Shown piece after piece: positions 37,578 to 47,641 of a DNA stretch of 64,000 nt. Both the position numbers and the translations under genes were made by a program. The DNA is taken from sequence record MN871453.1, one strand, 5' to 3'. The notes beneath the pieces are model-generated. The model was not told the origin of the DNA. It did not search any database and saw only the letters and a program-made list of their open reading frames with translations. How positions within the stretch are numbered: position 1 is the stretch's first letter; every line of letters begins with the position of its first letter.

Positions 37578-37898
37578 TTAACCTCTTTGGTTCTCGTCAG
37601 GGGAATCGCCTATAACCGTATTCAGATCGCTCTCAAAGAGCGTTTCGTTCCCAATGTAGATTGGGAAGGGATTAGGCTGTTCGAGCTTCTCCGTGAGGTT
37701 GACGAGCTCTGGGATAATCATCGGCGTATACCCCAGGAACTTAACGACTTTCTTCGCCGCTAAGGTTTTAACGGTCTCGTCGTAACCTCTGACTTCCGCA
37801 CGAATGACCTGGATATAAGGTAGATTTTCAGCGGCGCGACTTTCACGGGTTCTTTCTAACGCCAGCAGGATTTCTCCGGCTTCAGATTCCTTAAAGCG
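37578..37898 (-). CDS. small hypothetical protein
   Basis: Start placed at MRFKESE, overlapping the upstream stop. Confidence 0.65.
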   Translation of the reverse strand, partial: RFKESEAGEILLALERTRESRAAENLPYIQVIRAEVRGYDETVKTLAAKKVVKFLGYTPMIIPELVNLTEKLEQPNPFPIYIGNETLFESDLNTVIGDSPDENQRG

Positions 37899-38532
37899 CA
37901 TAGCGGTTATCTCGCGTGATTTGACTGAAGTTACCGATAACCCGGCCCGGTACAAACATGGCTTCTTTTGCGGTCTCACGCAGCAGAATACTGAGGATCG
38001 TCATGACCTCATACATCTGACTGAGTGTGGTCGAGGTATGACAGGTAAAGATCAGATTGACCGTTTCTGCCGGGAGATCGTTTTCCGCCAACATCTGGCG
38101 AAACTGGTCTTCAAACTCGGTTACGTCCTTTTTATTCTTCACGAAATAATAGACGTTCTGAGAGAAGACCTGCGCCTGGCGAATTTCAATGCGCAAATCT
38201 GAAATTTCAGGCAGCGTTTTAACGACTGTCTGACGGAGCTTTTCGTAACCCGCATTGAAATCAATGACCGGGAAGAATTGCTCGTCGACATTGGCGACGT
38301 TGTCTTCGAAACATTGCGCGATGTTGTTGACGGCTACCTGGAACGGTGCAGAATGAAGGATATCAGTGAGTCGGGCATCGGAAAAACCCGAGTAGTTATT
38401 GTCGACCAGATCATCGTCACCTAACGCTGCGGTACGAATGAACACGGTCTGATGCTGGATCGCAATTTCACCGGTACGTGTCGGCTTCCCGTAACTGGTT
38501 AAACGGTCTGTCATTTTCGAAATGTTTTGCAT
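37891..38532 (-). CDS. hypothetical protein
   Basis: Start moved to ATG 38532 (AGGAG RBS). Confidence 0.8.
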   Translation of the reverse strand: MQNISKMTDRLTSYGKPTRTGEIAIQHQTVFIRTAALGDDDLVDNNYSGFSDARLTDILHSAPFQVAVNNIAQCFEDNVANVDEQFFPVIDFNAGYEKLRQTVVKTLPEISDLRIEIRQAQVFSQNVYYFVKNKKDVTEFEDQFRQMLAENDLPAETVNLIFTCHTSTTLSQMYEVMTILSILLRETAKEAMFVPGRVIGNFSQITRDNRYAL

Positions 38533-38560
38533 GATTGCAACTCCTTTAGTTGGGGTAATT

Positions 38561-38577
38561 ACACTAGAGTGATATAT
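38561..38577 (-). promoter_or_regulatory. candidate promoter ATATATCACTCTAGTGT
   Basis: 12-bp core TATATCACTCTA identical to 2378-2389; just downstream of the SbcC terminator. Confidence 0.5.
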
Positions 38578-38585
38578 GCATAAAG

Positions 38586-38607
38586 CGGACTGGAAAAGAC
38601 CAGTCCG
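38586..38607 (-). terminator. terminator of sbcC
   Basis: CGGACTGG/CCAGTCCG stem followed by CTTT on minus strand. Confidence 0.65.
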
Positions 38608-38614
38608 TTTATGT

Positions 38615-41086
38615 TCAGTAAAATTCAGCCACGGCGTTGACACCGTCTTTAGGGTGACGGAAATCAAAGTCAATGATGTCCGAGAAAGGCAAAGCGCCAT
38701 GCGATACTGCGTGATGCGAAATCAAGAACACTTGTGAGAATCGCCCGTTCTCAACACCGCGTGTAATGAACTGCATCAGTCTCGCTTTGTGCTCAGGCGA
38801 AAGAGGGCGGTCGACTTCGTCTAAACAGAGTGGGACATTGTTCAGGTTCAGGTAGAGCATCGCTGTGATCTGAAACGCGAAATCAATGATCTTCTGTTGA
38901 CCGTCTGACCCAGTCCGCATATCCGGTACAATGTAATCGTCGGAGTCATGGAGACGTAACGGGAACTCGTACGACAGATCACTGTCGTTTGGCTTCCCGA
39001 TTAACAGTTCCATCGAATGCGTCCAGATATCCGCAATGACTTCGTTGACCTGACCAATAAAGACTTTGATAAATTCGTTCATCTGCTCAGCCACTGCCCC
39101 TGACTTCGGTGACAGTGTCCCGACCAACAGACGGTAACAATCCACTTTCTCTTTTTGTTTCTCCAGTTGTTTCCGGGTATCGTTAATCTGGTCTTCCAAC
39201 GTTTTGGCATCGTTAAGGGTTTTGGTCAATGTACCGATGTGACCCTGTAAGTCCTGAATGAGTAGTAAGCGGGTTTCGTTGAATAAGTATTGAATACCAC
39301 TGACAGTATCCTTGACCAGTTTTTCGTAGTTACCCGTGACTGCCTCGACAGCGTTGGTATATTGGTCAGCCAGATTCAACCCTCTTTCGTAGAGTTTTCC
39401 TTCCTCTTTAGAACGCGCTAATTCGCTATAGATGTCCTCCAGCGTTTCTTTAACTTTGACGAAACGTACCCTGACTCCATCAATCCCGGTGACGACGTTC
39501 TCTTGTAATTGCGAAAGCACTAATTGCGCTTCCCGTAATTTATTTTTTGCCCGATATACCTCAAGGTGTTTTTCCAGGTCTTCTTTGAGTAACAACATCA
39601 CCTGGACGGCTCGTAACGGTTCGTCTTTTAACGTGACTTGTTTATCCAATTGAGCAAAAAGACCTTTGGCGGCAGGGGCTTGGTTCCGCAGTCCTATCAA
39701 ATTACGGTACTGGGACAACCACTGTTCAACCTCTTCAATGTTCCGTTGGTTTTCGGCAATGGCCTTTTCACCCTGTATCATGCTCTCCTTGAGTTCCTCT
39801 GCCTGCTTAGTTAACCGCGGGCGTGAGTCCGAAGATACTCCAGGGATAAACTGAAAACGACATTGTGGACACTGAACTTCTTTCCCTTGATTGATGTGGT
39901 CAATCTGCTCTAACGTTTGCGCGTACTTAGCAGAGAGGCTATTGTAATGCTCCTGGAAACGCTGGCGGTTATTCAAGAGTATTTCGTAGCCTTGTCGAGT
40001 AAACCGTCCTTCTGGGTCAGGTTGAATTTCCGTCAGGGTTTTTGACCACTCCGGGAAGATCATGGCGAGTTGTTCTAACGCCATTTCCAGAGTGGTCTCT
40101 TCGATGACCATTTCTGGGGCGTAGAGCTTTTCCAGTGACGCCTGTTGAAACTGCCGATCCCAATGATTCACTTCGTTACGCAACCGTGCTAAGTTTTCTT
40201 CACTGGCATCGGCATTCCGTTTTAGTATCAGTTCCAGTTCGTCATATTCTTCCTGTAATGCCTTCTTACGCGTTTCTAAACCAAAGACATACTCTTTTAG
40301 CTTATTAATCTTTTCGAGCCACAGAGAGCGATTGGTGGCGTTTAAAGGGGTGTCAGGTAATTGTTTTAAGGTTTCTTTTATTTGTTGGGGCAATTGTTGC
40401 CACTGGTACTGTATTCCGGCGGAGTCTTGACTGCGGTTTTGCTCCTCATTGTAATCCTTTAATACCTCAGTAACGATACTTTGGTATTCCGTTAGACGAG
40501 CGGTAAGAGTGGCTCTCTCGTCGTCAGACATTCGTTGGGTTTCTTTTTCTGCTAACGACTCCTCCAGCGCATTAACTGCACCGATAGAGTGTGATAGTTT
40601 CTTTCTGGCTTTACCGAATAATGAGTTAGCGAACGACATATCGGAATCGGCCAAGGCAGTTAATACTTCCTGACGTTTTGCCGCGCCAGCACCAGAGAAT
40701 GAGAACTGTCCTGCCTGGATCATCGCGGAGAGTTTATCGACCGCCAGATATTTCTGCACCAGATCTTTTTGAACGGTAGAAGTCCCACCATCGTTCAGGT
40801 TTTCCCCGTTCAACCAAAACTCGTGTTTAACATCACTGCCGACAATGGTTTTCGTTTCAATTAACCCGTGATCGGTTTCTAACAAAAGGCGAGAGAAACC
40901 ATTTTTATCGAACATGTTAGACGCAGAAGGGAAAGCCGTGATTTCGTCTAAGAGTGCAGATTTCCCAAAACCGTTGGGACCGATGATAATTTGATAAGGA
41001 CTTTTTGGTTTGTAAAGGATACGCTCAATCAACCCGGATCGCAGGCGCTTGTTATGAGAAATTTCGGTTTCAATCACTTTGATCAT
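38615..41086 (-). CDS. sbcC: SbcC/Rad50-like SMC ATPase (phiKZ gp165 type)
   Basis: Walker A GPNGFGKS, long coiled coil with CPQC zinc hook, signature GSDGQ, Walker B LCLDE, ISHH. Confidence 0.92.
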   Translation of the reverse strand: MIKVIETEISHNKRLRSGLIERILYKPKSPYQIIIGPNGFGKSALLDEITAFPSASNMFDKNGFSRLLLETDHGLIETKTIVGSDVKHEFWLNGENLNDGGTSTVQKDLVQKYLAVDKLSAMIQAGQFSFSGAGAAKRQEVLTALADSDMSFANSLFGKARKKLSHSIGAVNALEESLAEKETQRMSDDERATLTARLTEYQSIVTEVLKDYNEEQNRSQDSAGIQYQWQQLPQQIKETLKQLPDTPLNATNRSLWLEKINKLKEYVFGLETRKKALQEEYDELELILKRNADASEENLARLRNEVNHWDRQFQQASLEKLYAPEMVIEETTLEMALEQLAMIFPEWSKTLTEIQPDPEGRFTRQGYEILLNNRQRFQEHYNSLSAKYAQTLEQIDHINQGKEVQCPQCRFQFIPGVSSDSRPRLTKQAEELKESMIQGEKAIAENQRNIEEVEQWLSQYRNLIGLRNQAPAAKGLFAQLDKQVTLKDEPLRAVQVMLLLKEDLEKHLEVYRAKNKLREAQLVLSQLQENVVTGIDGVRVRFVKVKETLEDIYSELARSKEEGKLYERGLNLADQYTNAVEAVTGNYEKLVKDTVSGIQYLFNETRLLLIQDLQGHIGTLTKTLNDAKTLEDQINDTRKQLEKQKEKVDCYRLLVGTLSPKSGAVAEQMNEFIKVFIGQVNEVIADIWTHSMELLIGKPNDSDLSYEFPLRLHDSDDYIVPDMRTGSDGQQKIIDFAFQITAMLYLNLNNVPLCLDEVDRPLSPEHKARLMQFITRGVENGRFSQVFLISHHAVSHGALPFSDIIDFDFRHPKDGVNAVAEFY

Positions 41087-41157
41087 TTATTCGTACCGTA
41101 ACAAAAAGTGGACTCTATTACAATAGCCGGAAAAGTGAAAAATAATAAGGGGACTTA

Positions 41158-42147
41158 ATGAACAACCACGATATCGTCGAGAGGACGTTTGGCATCGTTG
41201 CCGAGAATAAACCCCTAGGACAAAACAATATTTTAGTCTGGGCTCACCAGAAGACACCGTGGATGCAAGGGGACGTACAAAGCCAGTTACAGAAACTTAC
41301 TGTTGAGAGCGTCGATGCTTCGGGGAAAAAGATTGAAGCTACTGCGGTGACCGACACCGCGATCGAAGCTCAGTGGCGACCAGTGGACAGCAGTTGGAGT
41401 ACTGCCCCTGATGTTCAGCGTGGCGAGGTAGTAGAACTGATTCGTTACGCAGACATGAATACCTACTACTGGCGTGAGCGCGGTGACGGTGCGGTTGCCA
41501 GACGACTCGAAACCAAACGGCTGTTGGTCTCTGCGAATCGAGAAGCAGGTATCCCTAGTCCTGACACCCATTACATGATTGAAATCTCCGGTCATACCGG
41601 CGCGATCAATATCACCACCTCAAAAGCCAATGGCGAGATCAGTAAGTACCATATCACTTTGAATGGGGCAGGAGGTGCGATTAGCCTTGGCGACGATGAA
41701 GGGAATGAGTTTTATCTCGAGACCAAAGAGAAGCTTATTCGTACCCGAAACAGTTCGGGATCAATGGTGGAAATGAGCGACAAGAAAATTGGCGTCTTTT
41801 GCTTAGAGGATTTGATTCTGGTCGGTAAAGAAAAAATCATCATGCAAGCGGAAAATATTCTGATTGAAGCGACGGAGAATTTGGAAGTAGAGGCAGGAAA
41901 AAGGATCGCGTTGACTGCCGGGGCGCGGTTTGATACAACCGCGCCGATTATTGCCTTAAACGGCGCTATCCAATTAAACGGACCGATCAGTCAAGAAACG
42001 ACAGACAGTAACTACGATGCAACGTTGAAAGGTACTGTGACCACCACCGTGGACGTTATTGCCGCGGGCGTGAGTCTGGTTAAACACCCGCACAAAGGCG
42101 TGGAAAGAGGTAACGACGAATCGGGAGCACCGGTACCAACAGCATAA
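41158..42147 (+). CDS. baseplate central spike, gp5/VgrG-like (phiKZ gp164 type)
   Basis: OB-fold-like N-terminus (PDVQRGEVV), beta-helical repeats, C-terminal SLVKHPHKGVERG (HxH spike tip). Confidence 0.8.
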   Translation: MNNHDIVERTFGIVAENKPLGQNNILVWAHQKTPWMQGDVQSQLQKLTVESVDASGKKIEATAVTDTAIEAQWRPVDSSWSTAPDVQRGEVVELIRYADMNTYYWRERGDGAVARRLETKRLLVSANREAGIPSPDTHYMIEISGHTGAINITTSKANGEISKYHITLNGAGGAISLGDDEGNEFYLETKEKLIRTRNSSGSMVEMSDKKIGVFCLEDLILVGKEKIIMQAENILIEATENLEVEAGKRIALTAGARFDTTAPIIALNGAIQLNGPISQETTDSNYDATLKGTVTTTVDVIAAGVSLVKHPHKGVERGNDESGAPVPTA

Positions 42148-42151
42148 AAGG

Positions 42152-42179
42152 AGACTGGAGGACGAAAGTCCTCCAGTCT
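42152..42179. terminator. bidirectional terminator
   Basis: 12-bp stem with GAAA loop between convergent genes. Confidence 0.8.
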
Positions 42180-42185
42180 GTGATG

Positions 42186-42716
42186 TCAACCGTAAATCAC
42201 ATCCACTAATGTAATATTACGCAAGTTCTTTCCGTCACCTTTGTCAGATCCACCGCCGTATGCCCAGACTGTGATTCTTTCACCGGCCGCGAATGAACAC
42301 GGTAAAACAGGGGAACGTTTTACCCCGGAACCCGACGGGGCATCCCAGGACCAATCACCCGGTCGAGTTTGGTTCGCACCGTATTTACCTCCAGAACCGT
42401 GCCATCCGCCCTGGTTACCATCGAGGGTAATGTCGATGACCACGCCCACGACTCGCTTCGCTGTCGGGAGATCCCAATACGTGGAGTAAACCGAGTTACC
42501 CCAAAGAACCTCGCCGATAGAACCGCTTCGTCCACCTTCGTGCGTGCTGTTCCAGAAACTCTGCGGAAGATCGATCTTATCCCACAGTGGTTGCCACACA
42601 CCGCCATTAACTACCCAGGCATTATCAACACGATGCCAACTTCCGCCGTTAACGATCCACGGAAGATCAACACCACGCCAGCCGCCACCATTGACTAATC
42701 TAGGGTAACTACGCAT
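42186..42716 (-). CDS. tail-fibre tip/adhesin-like protein
   Basis: Three N-terminal VNGGxW repeats then a Gly/Trp-rich beta domain; downstream of fibre genes. Confidence 0.6.
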   Translation of the reverse strand: MRSYPRLVNGGGWRGVDLPWIVNGGSWHRVDNAWVVNGGVWQPLWDKIDLPQSFWNSTHEGGRSGSIGEVLWGNSVYSTYWDLPTAKRVVGVVIDITLDGNQGGWHGSGGKYGANQTRPGDWSWDAPSGSGVKRSPVLPCSFAAGERITVWAYGGGSDKGDGKNLRNITLVDVIYG

Positions 42717-42729
42717 TTACTCTACTCCC

Positions 42730-44085
42730 TTAGAAAAGTTTATACCAGATGTGGCCTTCGCGGTAACCCGATGTACTACCAGGCGGGGTGCTGTAAGAGA
42801 ACGTACGGTAACCGTCTGTGTAACGTCGAATACTGTACGGCGTAGCGAAGACGCTCCCGGCATTACCATCATAGTTTTCCTGATCGGTAGCTTCTCGCCA
42901 GTTTGGGACACTTCCTAAACCCACTTGCGCTTTAGTAACGCTGTGGGGGTTAGACTTATTATTCGCGTGCGAGGCAATATTCGGGTCCGGCTGATTCGTG
43001 GTGTGTACGCGACCCATCGAGGTGTTGTCAACCTGCGCCAGAATTTGCGTGCCATCCCACCCAATACGAATCGTGTTGGTTAACATGTTCGTGCCACCAC
43101 CACGAATTACCTGCGCGTTATTCGTCACGTTACCTAACCCGACTTGGGCGGCAGTGGTGTTATGCGGGTTACTGGTGTTTTGTACGTGGCTCGTTATGGT
43201 TGGAGTGACGTTGGTCGCAATGTACTTAGTGATCTGTTGGATCCCGCGTAAAGGGGTCATAATCACGTTCAGTGCTGTGCCGGCTTCCGCCTCATCCTGC
43301 GTCGCGGGACGATAGTTCTCAACTGCCCCCAGCCCCACTTGTGCCTTGGTAACTTTATGGGGATTGCTAACATCGTCGATATGCGTGGTCAAATTCGTTT
43401 GAACACCATTGATGCTGTTAATCACCCCGTCAATCCGATTATCTAAACGCTCAATTTCTGCGTAAAGATCTGTATCGGTCTGGTGCAGGGCATCGAGATT
43501 ATCGTCGAGGTACGCTTTGATACGGTCGATGTAATTGTAAAGAACATCATGCGAAGAAACGTCACCGGTATAAGCCGCCTGAACCAATTCTTCTAAGGCC
43601 AACACCACGTACTCAAGACCGTAAAGGTCAGTCGCGGAGTGAAGGTGTTTAGACGGGTTAAACTCAATCGGTTTACCGAGAATGGCGTCCCACGTCACCG
43701 CACGGTTGTCCTGCTGTAGATCAGAGATCAACTGAACAAGGACATCGCGGGCAGTGGTGTAGGGACCCCCTACACATTGGTAAGTCAGATAGACTGCGGT
43801 CACATTAGCGTTGAGAATCTGTACGATCGTACAAATAGGTTTACCGATTTCCAATTCCGCTTCTTGATACGGATAAAGGATTTTATAATCGGTATTCAGG
43901 GTCAACACTGCGCCCGTGGCCTGATCGACCACAACCATGCTCTTGGTAAAGAATGCGCCAGCGTAAGGCGCAATGGCGCGATAAACTTCGCGCCCTACCG
44001 TACGTGCCTCGTTGATAATTTTATTACTCGCTGCGGCGCCTGTCCGATCAAGCGGGTATTTCAAAGCTGCCGTACTTACTGTCAT
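42730..44085 (-). CDS. tail fibre protein (phiKZ gp145/146 family)
   Basis: YPLDRTG N-terminus, three NPHxxTxAQVGLG repeats, C-terminal EGHIWYK. Confidence 0.8.
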   Translation of the reverse strand: MTVSTAALKYPLDRTGAAASNKIINEARTVGREVYRAIAPYAGAFFTKSMVVVDQATGAVLTLNTDYKILYPYQEAELEIGKPICTIVQILNANVTAVYLTYQCVGGPYTTARDVLVQLISDLQQDNRAVTWDAILGKPIEFNPSKHLHSATDLYGLEYVVLALEELVQAAYTGDVSSHDVLYNYIDRIKAYLDDNLDALHQTDTDLYAEIERLDNRIDGVINSINGVQTNLTTHIDDVSNPHKVTKAQVGLGAVENYRPATQDEAEAGTALNVIMTPLRGIQQITKYIATNVTPTITSHVQNTSNPHNTTAAQVGLGNVTNNAQVIRGGGTNMLTNTIRIGWDGTQILAQVDNTSMGRVHTTNQPDPNIASHANNKSNPHSVTKAQVGLGSVPNWREATDQENYDGNAGSVFATPYSIRRYTDGYRTFSYSTPPGSTSGYREGHIWYKLF

Positions 44086-44097
44086 TTTAAACCTCGC

Positions 44098-46329
44098 TTA
44101 AAGGGAAGTCGGTGGATTCAGGACCGCAAATTGATTGTTGGGTAAAGGCATGAAAACTTCTTTGGACCCTAAGTTACAAATAGTACGTCCTACGCGCAGA
44201 TCGGTGTCCAACGTAGTCATGTCAGCGGTTTCGTCGATCGCCCAAGCGGAACCGGAATATTTATAACTTTGACGAGAGATCACATCGACAATACTATAAA
44301 CCAAACCACCGAAGGTAGTAGGCGTAAAGATCAGCGAATCTTTACCATTGACGATAAACCCACCCATGTTCGCAAAAGCGGATGAACTGAAGGTCACCGA
44401 ACTCACGTCAACCGTGACGGTCGTAGAGGCTACGGTCACGGACATACTGGTCCCGGATTTCGTACAGGTAACCTGAATAGAGGAACCCGTTAACGCCGCG
44501 ATTGCAACGTCACTTCCTTTGGTCCAAGTACCGGCGATATACGTACCGAGATAGACCGCACCGTTTTTAAAGAAGATACCGGCGTAATTGTCATTACCGC
44601 TAGTGTCTTGATAGTAACCGAAAATAAACCCAGGTACTGAAGTACCCGTCGCCACATCGACATACCCTTTCTGGGAGTAAGTAGAAGGCGCCGCAATCAA
44701 CAATGCCGATACTTTATCCGCGGCCTGTAACGGAGAAGTCAACGTACGCAGGGTAGCATCCCACGTTTTGTTAATCCCCGTTGAATACGTTACCGCCGCA
44801 TCGAGTAGCCCGCCGGCCGGGAACCCGGTCGTGAGTTTAGCGATATAACTCGGCTGGCAGGAATAATCACGAACGATTACGTTGTTCTTAATAGCCGTCA
44901 CCACACCTGCGGGATCGACGTATTTCTGAGTGACGGTACCGGCGGCGTTCTCTGCACTTGAGGCAAAGCTGGCATTAACCACGTTTCCTAAGCCTACATC
45001 CGCTGCCGTTAAGTTAGTCCCTTGTTCAATCGCTTGGTCGACATAAATTTTCGCAGCATTGGTCCACCAATACGCAATTCCCGCTGGAGTGGTATAGAGG
45101 TTGGCGGCAGTCCCTAAAACGGTTTGGTCGTTCGTTGCCGTTCCGTAGTTCTGAACGTTACCTAACCCGACTTGCGCCGCGGTCACACTGTGCGGATTAT
45201 TTTTATCCAGTAAGTGCGCTGCCAGCGGTTGGTCAGTTGAGTTTGTCAACATCAGGTTGGCCAGATACGGGGTCAGTAAAGTCGTTTTACTCACACCCGC
45301 TAACGCTTCTTCTTCCGTTGCTGTGGTGTAGTTAGGGACATTCCCCAAGCCCACTTGTGCTTTAGTGACGCCATGCGGGTTATTGGTGTTCGTGGTGTGG
45401 AACTCCATGATACCCGGAACCAGCGCGTTTGCCAGAATCCTGCCGCCCGACGGGGTCAGGTACAGGTTATCCGCTACCCCTGCCGAAGATTCGAGGGTGT
45501 TCGCAACACGGTAGTTTTGTACCAGATCTAACCCAACTTGGGCTTTATTCACCTTGTGCGGGTTACTGTCGTCGTTCTCGTGTGCTTCCAGTAACGGCAA
45601 GTAAATTGCCTGGAATTGCTGTGACGTTCTTAAAGACGTCATGTAGTACGTATTATCTGTACCGCCTTCTGCCTGCTCTTTATTCGCCGGAACCAGATTA
45701 CCCAGATCGTCAATACCCAAATCGGCCAATGTGATTTTGTGTGGGTTGTTGTGGTCGGCAATGTGTTCTAGCAAAGATTGCATGGCTTTATTAAAGCCGG
45801 CAGATTGTGCATCAGAAAGCGAATAAATCGCAGAAATCACTTCGCTGAAGCCCGTCATGTCATCAACGTCATGACGGTGGGCGATAGTCGGGAATTCCGT
45901 TGGAAGATCAACCACGGCACCCCATTGCAAGGAACGCGGGTCTTGCGCTTTGTTCGCCATGAGCTGGAGAATTTTATTCTCGTCTAAACAGAATTCTCCC
46001 CCTAGGGTGTGGTATTCAATTTCGATATTGGCGCTGAGTGATTTATCGTTAAAGACAATCGCACCGTAGACCGGTAACTGACTTCCAGAAACCGTAATTT
46101 GGTCGAAACGGAAACCAAAGAAATAATCGACGTCAGGACGTAAGGTGACGCCGGTGGTCGTATTGCGGCAGACAAAGCCGCGACGGAAAAACGGCGCGTA
46201 ACGCGGGACAATAAAGTTAAAGTCGGTTCCGTTAGCTGCTGTTATCGTATGAGCCTCACCTGAGATCTGGTTACTTTCATTCTCTTGGTAAGGATCGAAG
46301 TCATATGGGAATACAATTTCGTCGCTCAT
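44098..46329 (-). CDS. tail fibre protein (phiKZ gp145/146 family)
   Basis: YDFDPYQ N-terminus, about five NPHxVxxAQVGL-type repeats; start moved to MSDEIVF (GAGG RBS). Confidence 0.8.
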   Translation of the reverse strand: MSDEIVFPYDFDPYQENESNQISGEAHTITAANGTDFNFIVPRYAPFFRRGFVCRNTTTGVTLRPDVDYFFGFRFDQITVSGSQLPVYGAIVFNDKSLSANIEIEYHTLGGEFCLDENKILQLMANKAQDPRSLQWGAVVDLPTEFPTIAHRHDVDDMTGFSEVISAIYSLSDAQSAGFNKAMQSLLEHIADHNNPHKITLADLGIDDLGNLVPANKEQAEGGTDNTYYMTSLRTSQQFQAIYLPLLEAHENDDSNPHKVNKAQVGLDLVQNYRVANTLESSAGVADNLYLTPSGGRILANALVPGIMEFHTTNTNNPHGVTKAQVGLGNVPNYTTATEEEALAGVSKTTLLTPYLANLMLTNSTDQPLAAHLLDKNNPHSVTAAQVGLGNVQNYGTATNDQTVLGTAANLYTTPAGIAYWWTNAAKIYVDQAIEQGTNLTAADVGLGNVVNASFASSAENAAGTVTQKYVDPAGVVTAIKNNVIVRDYSCQPSYIAKLTTGFPAGGLLDAAVTYSTGINKTWDATLRTLTSPLQAADKVSALLIAAPSTYSQKGYVDVATGTSVPGFIFGYYQDTSGNDNYAGIFFKNGAVYLGTYIAGTWTKGSDVAIAALTGSSIQVTCTKSGTSMSVTVASTTVTVDVSSVTFSSSAFANMGGFIVNGKDSLIFTPTTFGGLVYSIVDVISRQSYKYSGSAWAIDETADMTTLDTDLRVGRTICNLGSKEVFMPLPNNQFAVLNPPTSL

Positions 46330-46394
46330 GATTATCCTCAATGTACCATCGGCCGATGGATCAACATACCAATACTCATCAAAAAGGACCGGAC

Positions 46395-47639
46395 ATGTAT
46401 CAGCTTATTCAGGCACAAACACGAACGAAAGGCAGTTTTAATGATTGGGAAGAAAAGGCACTGGGTGAAGTACGACTGATTACCATCTTCACTTTGTACA
46501 GCAATGTTCTGGTTTACCTCTTCGACGCGACTAACGAGAAGAACGGGTGGCTGGATCTCTATAGTCTCCCGGTGTCGGTGCGCGATTCTGTCGCCACGTT
46601 AAATCAATACCTTGAATTAGCATCTGGTCTGACTTTGGTGGAAGACGACCCTCGTGGTCAACGCGGTGACAGTTACGTTCGCTTTCTGAATGCAATGGCG
46701 TACAAGTTCACCTTTAAAGGGACTAACGCTAATTTCAGTACCGACGAAAACCTGTTACCAGATCAACGTATTGACCTTCTGGTGCAACGGGACGGGATTA
46801 CCGATTACAGTACCATTGTTGACCAATCTCTTTGGACAGTCAACGGACTCTGTTTCCGAGCATGGCCGATTGATGGCGAAGGGATTACACTGAACCACGC
46901 TGGTAAGTTTGCGTCCAAGTTTAACGACTTACGTGTAGGGATTCTGGATTTTAGTTCAATTGGGAAAGTAGAGACTTACCCTATTTCGGCGAGTATGATT
47001 CAGGGCGGTGGGGAAGCGTTACCATTAGCTAAAGGGTTTTACTTACGTTCTCCGGTGGCGCTGACCGGGAAAACCGTTGGTCTGGTAGTAGCGGGGAAAC
47101 TGTATCTTCTCGATAAAGAAGTCTCTGTTACTGGGGAAACCCGTATCCAAGTCCATATGCAGAATATCAACCTGATCAACCACTTTTTTGAAACGCACCA
47201 ATATTTGGACTACAGTGACATTCCGCTTTCTAAAGATGAGAATGAAACAGAACAGGTGGTTGCAAATCAGTTCATCACTGACGTAGTGATCAAAGCGTTT
47301 ATGACTTCGGTTTATTCTTTCCTGGTGGTGATCGACAGCGTGAACCTCGAGAAAGAATACCTCAGTTTGAAACGGACATTAATTGACGGGACTTATCTCT
47401 CACCGGGCGAGACTTTACCTGACCTTCCGGCACAGATCGGTAACGGGTATCTGGCGGAGTATACCTTGTGGAAACAAGATGGGTTCTATGCACTTCGTCT
47501 CCCGCATTCGTTGGTCAGTCGTTGGTTTTACGAAACTATTCCCATGAATGAACGTCAATTGGTTCAGAACCAACGTTACGGGTATAGACCGACGTTCTCT
47601 TCTGAAGCGCGGTTTCTCTTGATTAAAAAGGTGGCCTGA
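46395..47639 (+). CDS. conserved virion/baseplate protein
   Basis: Start moved to ATG 46395 (AAGGA RBS); divergent from the fibre genes. Confidence 0.65.
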   Translation: MYQLIQAQTRTKGSFNDWEEKALGEVRLITIFTLYSNVLVYLFDATNEKNGWLDLYSLPVSVRDSVATLNQYLELASGLTLVEDDPRGQRGDSYVRFLNAMAYKFTFKGTNANFSTDENLLPDQRIDLLVQRDGITDYSTIVDQSLWTVNGLCFRAWPIDGEGITLNHAGKFASKFNDLRVGILDFSSIGKVETYPISASMIQGGGEALPLAKGFYLRSPVALTGKTVGLVVAGKLYLLDKEVSVTGETRIQVHMQNINLINHFFETHQYLDYSDIPLSKDENETEQVVANQFITDVVIKAFMTSVYSFLVVIDSVNLEKEYLSLKRTLIDGTYLSPGETLPDLPAQIGNGYLAEYTLWKQDGFYALRLPHSLVSRWFYETIPMNERQLVQNQRYGYRPTFSSEARFLLIKKVA

Positions 47640-47641
47640 GT

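Noticed and set aside
38533-38700. Overlap of 37891-38700 with sbcC
   Set aside because: Extension crosses a terminator and promoter motif; true start at 38532 has an AGGAG RBS
46330-46394. Head-to-head start overlap at 46341
   Set aside because: Both genes have better RBS-supported internal starts (46329 and 46395)
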